Assembly (NCBI GenBank): GCA_964549175.1
Contig: CAZJUM010000002.1
Span: 1-41,317 of the forward strand
From: an uncultured Pseudomonadota bacterium
GTDB taxonomy: Bacteria; SAR324; XYD2-FULL-50-16
Reading direction: 5' to 3'
Length of the DNA stretch: 41,317 nt
The position numbers were made by a program, and so were the translations under genes. Of the stretch, positions 8,480-16,441 are shown piece after piece (positions within the stretch are counted from its first letter, which is position 1; the number at the start of each line of letters is the position of its first letter). The notes under the pieces were generated by a model. The model did not search any database, was not told the DNA's origin, and worked only from the letters and a program-made list of their open reading frames with translations.

Positions 8480-11400
8480 ATGACATTGGAAATAGATGGA
8501 ATCAGACTTGTCCGGGCCTCTGGTCCGCATATCGAACTCTATTTTGATTGGCAAAAACTTCCCCCCCTTGATTTACGACAGGAATATTATATTGTTAGAT
8601 TTACACCACAGTCATCCGTAGCCCCCGTTGAATATGCCCGTCCCAATTCTGCGGGTCCCCTCTATTTTAGCCTTAAGGAAAACATTCAATACGAACTGAA
8701 CGTACTACGAACCCCATATCTTAAATATGAAGTGGCAAGTTCGCTGAAATCCGAGCCAGTCATTGAAATGATTGCCGAACATGAAAATCGTCATGCTCTT
8801 ATTTGGAGTAACATAGATTTTCGACAGCATAACGTCGCACGCCTGATAGTAACTGTGGACGGAGTGTATTATAAAAAAATCCCGGTCGACGCGGACCCCA
8901 AACTTGAAATAGGAAATCGACCGAAGTCGATAAAAATTCAAATAGAAAACGGTCCGGTACTATTTCAAGTGACAACCAATTTGCGGCAGTTTGAATCGGT
9001 CAGCAAATTTCAATTTAAACTCAATCATCAGGATGACGATTTTTATCTTTCCACGATAGTGAAACCCAATCCACAATGGACATTGCGTGCTGAAACCACT
9101 CCGTATTTTCTGAATCACTTGAATTGGTGGCAGAAATATTTGAAGCATTATCCCGGGGTCGATGCTTCGCGAATTACTGGCAGCTATCGTTTTTATGAAG
9201 ATCAAGGGGAACCGACGGATATTCGTGTTTTTGGCTTTGGTTGTTCGATGAATCGATCGGCTATTCAACAAATTCAACAATTGGAATGGAAAATCAAAGA
9301 CCTCTTGCCTGTGATTGAATATAAAGTCCAACTGCAAATCACTTCGGCACATCGCGAGTTACTCAAAAAAACACTGATTGAAAAGACAATAGCAGCGACT
9401 TTGGATGAAGACGTGATTGGATTTAGTTTTGAGGAAGTTGCCAAAGCGCGACAGACACTATTTGAGATTGATCCCCTGGTATCTTGGGAAAACGCGTTTT
9501 TGGAGTTGGTATTGTGGTTTAAGTGTGAGGGACATGAATGGCAAGAGTTCCAGCGAGAAATAGCGTATTGCCATCGCTGGGAATATACTCCGCAAGATCA
9601 AACGGAAGGTTGCCGTGCAGACTGGATTTTATGGAATCAGCAAAACCCGGACAATTTAATAACATTAACGCAACCAGCACGAGTTTTAAAAGATCGTTGG
9701 CCAGCTAAAGTTGTATTGAAGCCATTTCATGATAAAAGACTTCTGGCATGGTGGGATTTGGACCGTAATGGCGTGGAATCATTTATCAGAAAAGAGTGGC
9801 ATGTAGTCTTTGACGAAGTAAGATTTTATTTAAAGATCTGTGAAGAATACTTAGGAAACCGCATCCATCGACCTGATTTGGATTGTCACCTGTTGGAACT
9901 TTTTTCATCCCATCAAACGGTCTATTTTGATATCGATAGCAATAAATGCTATACAGCGGAAATCGTCGCGCGACATGATGACCTTGAGTTGGCATTGACA
10001 CCGATTTCCAATCAGCAGGTAGCCCCCAGGTCTATCGCCAAAACCCCTTCGCATGCGCAAGATCAACAAAAGTACACCAACCACTGGTATCATACATCGC
10101 AGCGAGAAGTTCGACATGCCCACGGGCATGATAGCAACAATATCGGGAAAGTGTTGTTTCATTTTCATATGCATTCTCCCAATTTATTTAGAGCCGATCC
10201 TTTCCGGGAAAGCTTCCTAAAGGCCAAAACTTGGCCCATCAGAACTCCGGAAGGGGTAGAGGTACATAATGTGCCCGGCGAATGGGTCATGAAAAACTGC
10301 CTGGATTCATGGCTGCCTCTTTTACGTGTGTTTCGTACCCTGATCAAAGAAAATGTAGATTTCCAGGCCAGTCTCAATATTTCTCCTCCGGTAGCTTATA
10401 CCCTAACCAGTTCGCGATTTAAAGATTATATGAGTCGTTATCTGTTACGTGTAAGAGCTCATATCGAAACTCAAATCAAGCTGATGAAAGCGACACACCA
10501 CAATCAGGAGTTCATTTGGGCTGCAGAACGATATCTGGAAGATGTGAACGCACTGGACGAGTATTATAATAATGAAATCAGTAAGAATATGATCGGTGCC
10601 TTCCGTGACCTTGAGCTACGGGGATTTCTGGAAATCCAAACCTGCACGGCCACGCACGGAATGCCGGGGTTACTGGCGTCAACGCCTGACTCACTGGATT
10701 CTCAGATTTCTTTGGCTACTCGCTCTCATCATCGAATTTTTGGTGATCGTCCCAGAGGGATCTGGCTGGCAGAGAATTCTTTTTTCCCGGGGATCGATCA
10801 ATTTTTAAATAAAGAAGGGCTTCGTTATTTCTTTGTTGAAGCTGAAGCGATATTAAAAGGCTCTGTATGTCCGCAAGAAGAAGAATATAATCCCGTTGTC
10901 ATTCCTGGTAGTGATATTGTGGTGTTTGGTAGAAGCCGGCTGGGCAGAACGCAAGTTTGGGATGCTGAAATCGGTTATGCGGGACATCCGGATTTTAGAG
11001 AATATCACTTCCGTCATATGGGGTTGCCGCTAAAACGCATTACATCCAAGCTGTCTGATGAAAAGCTACCTTATAATCCTGACATTGCGGAAAAAACAGC
11101 ACAGAAATTGGCGTGTGATTTTCACCATAAACTTTCCGAAAAAGCACATGAGTTATCTTCCCGTGCCTTTAAGAGTATGCCTGTCATAACATGTACCTAC
11201 GATGCCGAACTCTTTGGCCACCACTGGGCCGAAGGACCGATGTTTATCGAAGAGTTATTCAGGGAGTTTCACCGAAAAGGGGATAAAATCGGTTTAACCA
11301 CAGCATCTCATTATTTGGTTCAAGAACCGAATTTGCCGGTAAGTAACCCCAATCCGTCCACATGGGGGCATGAAACTTCCCATATGCGCTGGACCGATCC

Positions 11401-11740
11401 GAAAGTGTCCTGGACATTTCGAGAGTTGGAACGGGCGGACAACTTGCTTCGCCGATATTTAGGCTTAGCTATGAAAAAGCAGTTCAACTCATTTCAGGTT
11501 GAAGCTGTTGAGCAAATGGGAGCTGAACTGGTTCGGGCTCAAAGCTCTGATTTGACTTTTGTGATTGTTTCCGGAGATTTTGAAGAGGACATGCGGCGAG
11601 AAATTCAAAAATATCTTGACTATTTTTATCGGCTAAAATGTTTGGTGGATAACAATCTTGAGGATTGGGAATTCTTGAGGTTCAGAAAGTATGAGAATGA
11701 CATGTTTCCTGAAATATCGGACTACTATCAAATTCGTTGA
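8480..11740 (+). CDS. 1086-aa fusion: uncharacterised N-terminal region (~aa 1-555, with a DUF4912-like segment) plus a GH57 1,4-alpha-glucan branching-enzyme-type domain with a DUF1957-type C-terminus
   Basis: The C-terminal ~530 aa are colinear with Thermus-type GH57 branching enzyme: FHFHMHSP (HxHxP), TCTATHGMPGLL, GIWLAENSF (nucleophile Glu context), QVWDAEIGYAGHPDFREYH, YDAELFGHHWAEGP (acid/base Asp context), and SSDLTFVIVSG. I recognise no catalytic family in the N-terminal half. Confidence 0.85.
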   Translation: MTLEIDGIRLVRASGPHIELYFDWQKLPPLDLRQEYYIVRFTPQSSVAPVEYARPNSAGPLYFSLKENIQYELNVLRTPYLKYEVASSLKSEPVIEMIAEHENRHALIWSNIDFRQHNVARLIVTVDGVYYKKIPVDADPKLEIGNRPKSIKIQIENGPVLFQVTTNLRQFESVSKFQFKLNHQDDDFYLSTIVKPNPQWTLRAETTPYFLNHLNWWQKYLKHYPGVDASRITGSYRFYEDQGEPTDIRVFGFGCSMNRSAIQQIQQLEWKIKDLLPVIEYKVQLQITSAHRELLKKTLIEKTIAATLDEDVIGFSFEEVAKARQTLFEIDPLVSWENAFLELVLWFKCEGHEWQEFQREIAYCHRWEYTPQDQTEGCRADWILWNQQNPDNLITLTQPARVLKDRWPAKVVLKPFHDKRLLAWWDLDRNGVESFIRKEWHVVFDEVRFYLKICEEYLGNRIHRPDLDCHLLELFSSHQTVYFDIDSNKCYTAEIVARHDDLELALTPISNQQVAPRSIAKTPSHAQDQQKYTNHWYHTSQREVRHAHGHDSNNIGKVLFHFHMHSPNLFRADPFRESFLKAKTWPIRTPEGVEVHNVPGEWVMKNCLDSWLPLLRVFRTLIKENVDFQASLNISPPVAYTLTSSRFKDYMSRYLLRVRAHIETQIKLMKATHHNQEFIWAAERYLEDVNALDEYYNNEISKNMIGAFRDLELRGFLEIQTCTATHGMPGLLASTPDSLDSQISLATRSHHRIFGDRPRGIWLAENSFFPGIDQFLNKEGLRYFFVEAEAILKGSVCPQEEEYNPVVIPGSDIVVFGRSRLGRTQVWDAEIGYAGHPDFREYHFRHMGLPLKRITSKLSDEKLPYNPDIAEKTAQKLACDFHHKLSEKAHELSSRAFKSMPVITCTYDAELFGHHWAEGPMFIEELFREFHRKGDKIGLTTASHYLVQEPNLPVSNPNPSTWGHETSHMRWTDPKVSWTFRELERADNLLRRYLGLAMKKQFNSFQVEAVEQMGAELVRAQSSDLTFVIVSGDFEEDMRREIQKYLDYFYRLKCLVDNNLEDWEFLRFRKYENDMFPEISDYYQIR

Positions 11741-12065
11741 CACTATTGAGCTATTTTAAGTTTGTCCGAATACTCTGAGAAAGCGATTCAGAAGCAAAAT
11801 ATATATAATTGAGGATCGGTTGAAAGTGACATGAATTTTCCATTGATCTTGAAATAGCGATCCCTAACGATATCTTAACTTTCCGATTTTAAACGCTTCC
11901 GGAGCCTTTTGCGGCGTTTGTGGTTACAGGATTCCGATTAAAAGGTTTTGATTTCAGTGAAAGCATCATCTTGTCCTCGCGATTTTTTCAATTTACAGCG
12001 CGAAATACCAGAAAGCTGACCAGAAGAAAAACTCATCCGTAATTACTGAAATCGAACAAAAAATA

Positions 12066-12094
12066 TTGACAAGTTCTATGCCGTATTTTAGGAT
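12066..12094 (+). promoter_or_regulatory. candidate sigma70-type promoter for the tRNA/rpmG transcription unit
   Basis: TTGACA (12066-12071), a 17-nt spacer, then TAGGAT (12089-12094), about 28 nt upstream of the first tRNA. This is a pattern match only. Confidence 0.4.
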
Positions 12095-12121
12095 TTCAAT
12101 TTTAGCAAAGACAAGGAAAGT

Positions 12122-12197
12122 GCTGGCTTAGCTCAATTGGCAGAGCAGCTGATTTGTAATCAGCAGGTCGGGAGTTCGAATCCTCCAGCCAGCACCA
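12122..12197 (+). tRNA. tRNA-Thr (anticodon UGU)
   Basis: Cloverleaf by eye: acceptor GCTGGCT/AGCCAGC, anticodon stem GCTGA/TCAGC with loop TTTGTAA, T-loop GGTTCGAATCC-like (GAGTTCGAATCCTC), encoded CCA. Confidence 0.9.
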
Positions 12198-12210
12198 TCA
12201 TTGACATAAC

Positions 12211-12295
12211 GGGGAGGTTCCCGAGTGGCTAAAGGGAACAGACTGTAAATCTGTCGGCACCGCCTTCGGAGGTTCGAATCCTCCCCTCCCCACCA
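12211..12295 (+). tRNA. tRNA-Tyr (anticodon GUA), long variable arm
   Basis: Acceptor GGGGAGG/CCTCCCC, anticodon stem ACAGA/TCTGT with loop CTGTAAA, a long variable arm, T-arm GGAGGTTCGAATCCTCC, encoded CCA. Confidence 0.9.
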
Positions 12296-12320
12296 TTCCT
12301 CGCGCACACGGAAGATTTGA

Positions 12321-12395
12321 GCCCGGGTAGCTCAGGGGCAGAGTGCTTCCTTGGTAAGGAAGAGGTCGGCAGTTCAAATCTGCTCCCGGGCTCCA
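12321..12395 (+). tRNA. tRNA-Thr (anticodon GGU)
   Basis: Acceptor GCCCGGG/CCCGGGC, anticodon stem CTTCC/GGAAG with loop TTGGTAA, T-loop TTCAAAT, encoded CCA. Confidence 0.88.
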
Positions 12396-12416
12396 GTAAA
12401 ACAATACACCAATGCC

Positions 12417-12569
12417 ATGAGAGAGATAATCTATTTGCAGTGCACCGAGTGTCAACGCAAGAACTATACGTCAACGCGGAATAAAAAAAATACGCCTGCG
12501 AAGCTGGAAATAAAAAAGTATTGTCAGTTTGATCAAAAGCATACACTTCATAAAGAAGGGAAAAAATAG
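12417..12569 (+). CDS. rpmG: 50S ribosomal protein L33
   Basis: 50 aa: MREIIYLQCTECQRKNYTSTRNKKNTPAKLEIKKYCQFDQKHTLHKEGKK. This is the classic L33 pattern. The tracked ORF start at 12351 lies inside the preceding tRNA and is not credible. Confidence 0.9.
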   Translation: MREIIYLQCTECQRKNYTSTRNKKNTPAKLEIKKYCQFDQKHTLHKEGKK

Positions 12570-12573
12570 TTGA

Positions 12574-12649
12574 AGGCCAGTAGCTCCAATGGTAGAGCGT
12601 CGGTCTCCAAAACCGAATGTTGTGGGTTCGAATCCCTCCTGGCCTGCCA
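12574..12649 (+). tRNA. tRNA-Trp (anticodon CCA)
   Basis: Acceptor AGGCCAG/CTGGCCT, anticodon stem TCGGT/ACCGA with loop CTCCAAA, T-arm GTGGGTTCGAATCCCTC, encoded CCA. The position before secE is canonical. Confidence 0.9.
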
Positions 12650-12692
12650 CATCAGTAGTTAATCAAAAGAAACTCGATCACTCGTTAGTGAA

Positions 12693-12878
12693 ATGCTACA
12701 AAGAATAAAAAAATTTCTAGTCGATGTTCGTACCGAGTTCAAAAAAGTGACTTGGCCCACTAAGGATCAAACAATTAAACAAACCGGTGTGGTCTTAGTA
12801 GTTGTCGCGCTTGTGTCAGTCTTTTTAGGTGTTGTGGATATCGGGTTATCGGAACTGTTTAAATTCTTAATCGGATAA
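12693..12878 (+). CDS. secE: preprotein translocase subunit SecE
   Basis: 61 aa with a single TM helix. The motif is VRTEFKKVTWPTKDQT, followed by a hydrophobic helix. It sits directly upstream of nusG. Confidence 0.85.
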   Translation: MLQRIKKFLVDVRTEFKKVTWPTKDQTIKQTGVVLVVVALVSVFLGVVDIGLSELFKFLIG

Positions 12879-12884
12879 ACCATA

Positions 12885-13430
12885 ATGTCAGAAAATGAAT
12901 ACAAATGGTATATTTTACAGGCCCACGCGGGACATGAAAATAAGGTTAAACAACTGATCGAAGGTCGTTTAAAAACGACAAAAATGTCCGAACTGGTCGA
13001 AGAGATTTTCATTCCGTCTGAAGAAGTTACTACCAAGAAGTCCGGAAAAACCCATATCAATAATGTTACCTATTTCCCCGGATACATCTTAATAAAAATG
13101 AAACTCACCAACGACTTATGGCATGTTTTGCGAGCTGTGCCTAAGGTCTCCGGATTTATTGGAGGAGATCAAAGTAACCCATTGCCGGTTCCGGATCAAG
13201 AACTTGCGGATATTAGATCACAGATTCAAAACGGTATTAAACAAGCAGAAATTGATTCTACCTTTTCTGCCGGACAAAAGGTTGTCATTATTGAAGGACC
13301 TTTTGCCCGATTTAACGGTGTCATCGATGCGGTTGATCAAGAAAACAGCAAATTAACGGTACTGGTCAGTATTTTTGGACGATCAACACCATTAGAGCTG
13401 GAGTTTGATAAAGTTAGGCTTTCGGAGTAG
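12885..13430 (+). CDS. nusG: transcription termination/antitermination factor NusG
   Basis: 181 aa. The NGN domain is WYILQAHAGHENKV ... FPGYILIKM. The KOW motif is GQKVVIIEGPFARFNGVI. Confidence 0.93.
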   Translation: MSENEYKWYILQAHAGHENKVKQLIEGRLKTTKMSELVEEIFIPSEEVTTKKSGKTHINNVTYFPGYILIKMKLTNDLWHVLRAVPKVSGFIGGDQSNPLPVPDQELADIRSQIQNGIKQAEIDSTFSAGQKVVIIEGPFARFNGVIDAVDQENSKLTVLVSIFGRSTPLELEFDKVRLSE

Positions 13431-13503
13431 ACCCCAAAAGACCTATATTTATAAAAACAGGCGAATTTAATTCGCGAAATTATTATTAATCCGAAGGTTT
13501 GTA

Positions 13504-13932
13504 ATGGCTAAAAAAATTGCAGGATATATTAAGCTACAGGTAGAAGCGGGTAAGGCAAATCCGTCACCGCCGATCGGACCGGCTTTGGGCCAGCACGGAT
13601 TGAGTATCATGGAGTTTTGCAAAAGTTTTAATTCCAAGACTCAAAAGCAAGAAGGCATGATCATTCCCGTCGTCATTACGGTATATACTGATCGAACTTT
13701 CTCCTTTATTACTAAAACTCCTCCTGTCCCCGTACTGATCAAAAAAGCGTTGGGATTGACTAAGGGGTCTCCCGAACCTAATCGAACAAAAGTTGGGCGG
13801 ATAACAGAAGCACAATTGGAGGAAATCGCGAAAATTAAAATGCCGGATCTGAATTGTTATGATCTGGAAGCGGCCAAACGATTGGTTTTGGGAACCGCGA
13901 ACAGCATGGGTGTCCAGGCTCCGGCTAAATAA
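13504..13932 (+). CDS. rplK: 50S ribosomal protein L11
   Basis: 142 aa with [23 protein letters not shown] and FITKTPP. Confidence 0.95.
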   Translation: MAKKIAGYIKLQVEAGKANPSPPIGPALGQHGLSIMEFCKSFNSKTQKQEGMIIPVVITVYTDRTFSFITKTPPVPVLIKKALGLTKGSPEPNRTKVGRITEAQLEEIAKIKMPDLNCYDLEAAKRLVLGTANSMGVQAPAK

Positions 13933-13963
13933 ACCAAATATCAAGTAATTGTTAAGGAAAAAA

Positions 13964-14659
13964 ATGGTAAAACTTTCCAAAAGAGTTAAAGAATGGAAAG
14001 CCGATCTCGATTGTGCGAAGAAGTACGAGTTCCCAGAGGCGGTAGGATTGCTCAAGAAATTTACCAAAGCGAAATTTAAAGAGAGACTTGATGTCGTGTT
14101 TCGCTTAGGAATTGATCCAAGAAAAACAGACCAGATGGTTCGAGGTAGTTGTGTTTTACCACATGGTACCGGAAAAGAAGTTCGTGTACTTGTTTTTGCA
14201 AAAGGGGATAAGGAAAAAGAAGCACTGGATGCCGGAGCGGACTTCGTAGGCGGTAACGACCTGGCCGCAAAAATCAAAGATGGTTGGATGGACTTTGATC
14301 GTGTGATCGCTACTCCTGATATGATGGGAGTTGTTGGTAAAATTGGCCGGATCTTGGGACCTCGAGGCTTAATGCCAAACCCAAAAGTTGGTACGGTTAC
14401 TCCGGCAATTGGTGAAACAGTTAAGATGGTTAAAAAAGGTCAAGTTCAGTTTAAGACCGATAAAGGTGCCAATGTTGCGGCTACAATCGGAATGATGAGC
14501 TTTTCCGATGAGCAAATGCTTGAAAATCTTCAGACCTTTCATGATAGTTTGATTAAGCTGAGGCCAGCGAATGCGAAAGGCAACTATATTAAGAATATCT
14601 CAATATCAAGTACCATGGGACCTGGAATTAAACTAGATCCCTTTCAGTTTAAAAAATAG
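13964..14659 (+). CDS. rplA: 50S ribosomal protein L1
   Basis: L1 motifs are present: DPRKTDQMVRGSCVLPHGTGK and GPRGLMPNPK.GTVT. I place the start at ATG 13964 (MVKLSKR) because AAGGA lies 6-7 nt upstream. The tracked start at 13949 is a non-ATG codon with no SD. Confidence 0.92.
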   Translation: MVKLSKRVKEWKADLDCAKKYEFPEAVGLLKKFTKAKFKERLDVVFRLGIDPRKTDQMVRGSCVLPHGTGKEVRVLVFAKGDKEKEALDAGADFVGGNDLAAKIKDGWMDFDRVIATPDMMGVVGKIGRILGPRGLMPNPKVGTVTPAIGETVKMVKKGQVQFKTDKGANVAATIGMMSFSDEQMLENLQTFHDSLIKLRPANAKGNYIKNISISSTMGPGIKLDPFQFKK

Positions 14660-14948
14660 TACCCTGTTTTGAAAGGTCCTGAGTCTATGTTGCTCTGCAA
14701 TGAGACTGAGAATCCTTCGTGTATCGGAATCATCGAAGAAAGCAGGAACCGGAGAATCGGTTTAAATTTCCCGCCGAGATAGTTTTGGATCATACCACCG
14801 ATAGTCCTCAGAATTATTCTCCGCCCCTGTTTTCCTCCTATTTTTAATTTTTATTAATATTACCTCAAGCCTCACTTAATGCCGGGGTTTTTTCACAGCG
14901 ATCAACTATTTATATTAATGTGACTTCGCTGATTTTATGGAGAACTTA
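14660..14948 (+). promoter_or_regulatory. long rplJ leader (candidate L10/L12 autoregulatory leader)
   Basis: There is ~290 nt of ORF-free sequence between rplA and rplJ, where L10-leader regulatory RNAs occur in many bacteria. The call is positional only. I could not fold a convincing structure by eye. Confidence 0.3.
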
Positions 14949-15476
14949 ATGGACAGATCAACCAAGGAAGCATTGGTCGCGGAATACGGCGATATCTTTA
15001 AATCCGCTGTTTCGGGCGTTTTAGTCAATTACAAAGGGATAACAGTTGAAGAATTAACCACCCTGAGAAAGACTTTATACGAAAAAAACAGTCGATTTCG
15101 CGTATTGAAAAACTCATTGGCGAAGATTGCCGCCAATGGAACACCCTGTGAGAAACTCAGTGAGCATTTCACTGAAACCAGAGCGTTCGCGTACAGTGAT
15201 AAAGAGCTTGCGGCTCCTGCCAAAGTAATTTCTGATGAAGCCAAAACGAACGACAAGTTGAAGTTGATCGCCGGTGTATTGGTTTCCGGAGAAAAAGCTG
15301 AAGTGCTGAATATCGAAGGAATCGAAACACTCAGCAGCATGCCAAGCCGAGAAGATCTACTGACGAAGCTATCATATGTTATGAACGAACCCGCGACGAA
15401 TTTCGCACGTGTACTGAACGAAGTTCCAAGTAAATTTGTTCGTGTATTACAAGCAATTAGCGATTCAAAAAACTGA
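14949..15476 (+). CDS. rplJ: 50S ribosomal protein L10
   Basis: The L10 pattern is present (KEALVAEYGDIF ... GITVEELTTLRK ... RFRVLKNSLAK). The start at ATG 14949 is preceded by GGAG (14939-14942) with a 6-nt spacer. An in-frame ATG at 14937 is the alternative. Confidence 0.9.
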   Translation: MDRSTKEALVAEYGDIFKSAVSGVLVNYKGITVEELTTLRKTLYEKNSRFRVLKNSLAKIAANGTPCEKLSEHFTETRAFAYSDKELAAPAKVISDEAKTNDKLKLIAGVLVSGEKAEVLNIEGIETLSSMPSREDLLTKLSYVMNEPATNFARVLNEVPSKFVRVLQAISDSKN

Positions 15477-15499
15477 AATACTAAATTTAAGGAGAAAGA

Positions 15500-15889
15500 A
15501 TGTCTGATGTTACCAAGGATCAAGTAGTGGAATTTATTTCCAACATGTCTGTATTAGAGCTATCCGAATTCGTTAAGGAATTAGAAGAAAAATTTGGCGT
15601 TAGTGCTACCGCAGCTGTTGCGGCAGCTGCTCCTGCCGGTGGCACTGTCGCTGGTGAAGCTGCTGCTGAACAGACAGAGTTTGATGTTGTGATGACTTCT
15701 TTTGGTGAAAAGAAAATCAACGTAATCAAGGAAATCCGTGTTTTGACCGGTTTAGGTCTTAAAGAAGCCAAGGAATTGGTCGAATCCGCTGGTCCTGATT
15801 GCAAAGTTAAAGAAGGCACGGATAAAGAAGAAGCTGAATCAGTTGCTAAAAAACTTATTGAAGCTGGTGCTACTGCTGAAGTTAAGTAA
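15500..15889 (+). CDS. rplL: 50S ribosomal protein L7/L12
   Basis: 129 aa with an Ala-rich hinge ([11 protein letters not shown]), [11 protein letters not shown] and a C-terminal [10 protein letters not shown] strong SD (AAGGAG) lies upstream. Confidence 0.95.
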   Translation: MSDVTKDQVVEFISNMSVLELSEFVKELEEKFGVSATAAVAAAAPAGGTVAGEAAAEQTEFDVVMTSFGEKKINVIKEIRVLTGLGLKEAKELVESAGPDCKVKEGTDKEEAESVAKKLIEAGATAEVK

Positions 15890-15906
15890 TTGTTTCAATG
15901 TAATTA

Positions 15907-15930
15907 AGGCTCGGATTTTTAGCCGAGTCT
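15907..15930. terminator. hairpin between convergent rplL and the J-domain gene (possible bidirectional terminator)
   Basis: AGGCTCGG / CCGAGTCT forms an 8-bp stem with one G-U pair and the 8-nt loop ATTTTTAG. The flanks are T-rich but there is no long T-run. Confidence 0.4.
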
Positions 15931-15994
15931 TGATACTTTCCATTGTCTTCCCTCAATTATCAATCGAAACAACCACTGATTCACCGTAGCCTTT

Positions 15995-16441
15995 TTACTT
16001 TCCTAAGTTTGCGTAGTATAGTTTCAATCGTTCGTAAGCCGAATTATAAATCTGCAGAATTTTTTTAGCTGTTTCCTGTTTTTCCGGATTGCTGTTGAAA
16101 TGGTCCGGATGATAGATTTTAATCTCTTTATTTCGAGCTTTTTTGACTTCGTCATGATTTGAAGGCGGTGTAAGCCCAAATAGTTGCAGATCATCGACAA
16201 CTCGCTGAGGGTACGCCGATTCGGATTTGTTTTTTTGATACTGACCGGAGTTTGAATGATCGGAACCACAGCTCTTTTTTTGTTGTTTCCAAATTGTCTC
16301 TTCCCGGGCATACTGCTTTTCCCATTCCGAAAGTTTTTCATCCAGTGTTTGACTTCCTTGTTTTAACAAATCTTCGAAGGGTTCAATGTGATCTCCCGCG
16401 ACACTTTGAAACAATCGGTATAATCTTTTGGCTAAGGACAT
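15995..16441 (-). CDS. J-domain (DnaJ-like) protein with the J-domain at the C-terminus
   Basis: 148 aa. LQLFGLTPPSNHDEVKKARNKEIKIYHPDHFNSN ... AKKILQIYNSAYERL carries the HPD tripeptide. The N-terminal half is a charged helical region with no G/F or zinc-finger domains. Confidence 0.8.
   Translation of the reverse strand: MSLAKRLYRLFQSVAGDHIEPFEDLLKQGSQTLDEKLSEWEKQYAREETIWKQQKKSCGSDHSNSGQYQKNKSESAYPQRVVDDLQLFGLTPPSNHDEVKKARNKEIKIYHPDHFNSNPEKQETAKKILQIYNSAYERLKLYYANLGK

Noticed and set aside
11741-12065. Possible ncRNA, tmRNA, RNase P RNA or SRP RNA in the gap before the tRNA cluster, and likewise in the gaps at 16.4-17.1 kb, 26.2-26.7 kb and 34.1-34.4 kb
   Set aside because: I searched by eye for hallmark strings: tRNA-like GGTTCGAAT ends, RNase P GGAAAGTCCGG-type P4 sequence, and the SRP GGAAGCAGCC-type motif. 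I found none. This cannot be excluded without covariance-model scans.
12198-12546. 85-aa and 105-aa minus-strand ORFs, and the 12351 start of the 72-aa plus-strand ORF
   Set aside because: They run through tRNA-Tyr and tRNA-Thr sequences. The plus-strand ORF is real only from ATG 12417 (L33). The upstream 22 codons are tRNA-Thr(GGU) read as protein.
13461-13475. Small hairpin GCGAAT-TTA-ATTCGC between nusG and rplK
   Set aside because: It has a 6-bp stem and a 3-nt loop, which is too small to call as a terminator or an L1-binding leader without folding and comparative data.
13564-14277. 237-aa ORF on the minus strand
   Set aside because: It is antisense to rplK and rplA, whose identities are unambiguous. 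It is a shadow ORF.
14850-14900. Apparent terminator T-tract (GCCGGGGTTTTTT) in the rplJ leader
   Set aside because: I could not find a convincing complementary 5' stem arm. The best option is CCCC..G about 60 nt upstream, giving 4-5 bp. It is not supportable as an intrinsic terminator by eye.
15029-15819. 164-aa and 99-aa minus-strand ORFs
   Set aside because: They are antisense to rplJ and rplL. The Ala/Ser-rich translation mirrors the L7/L12 hinge.
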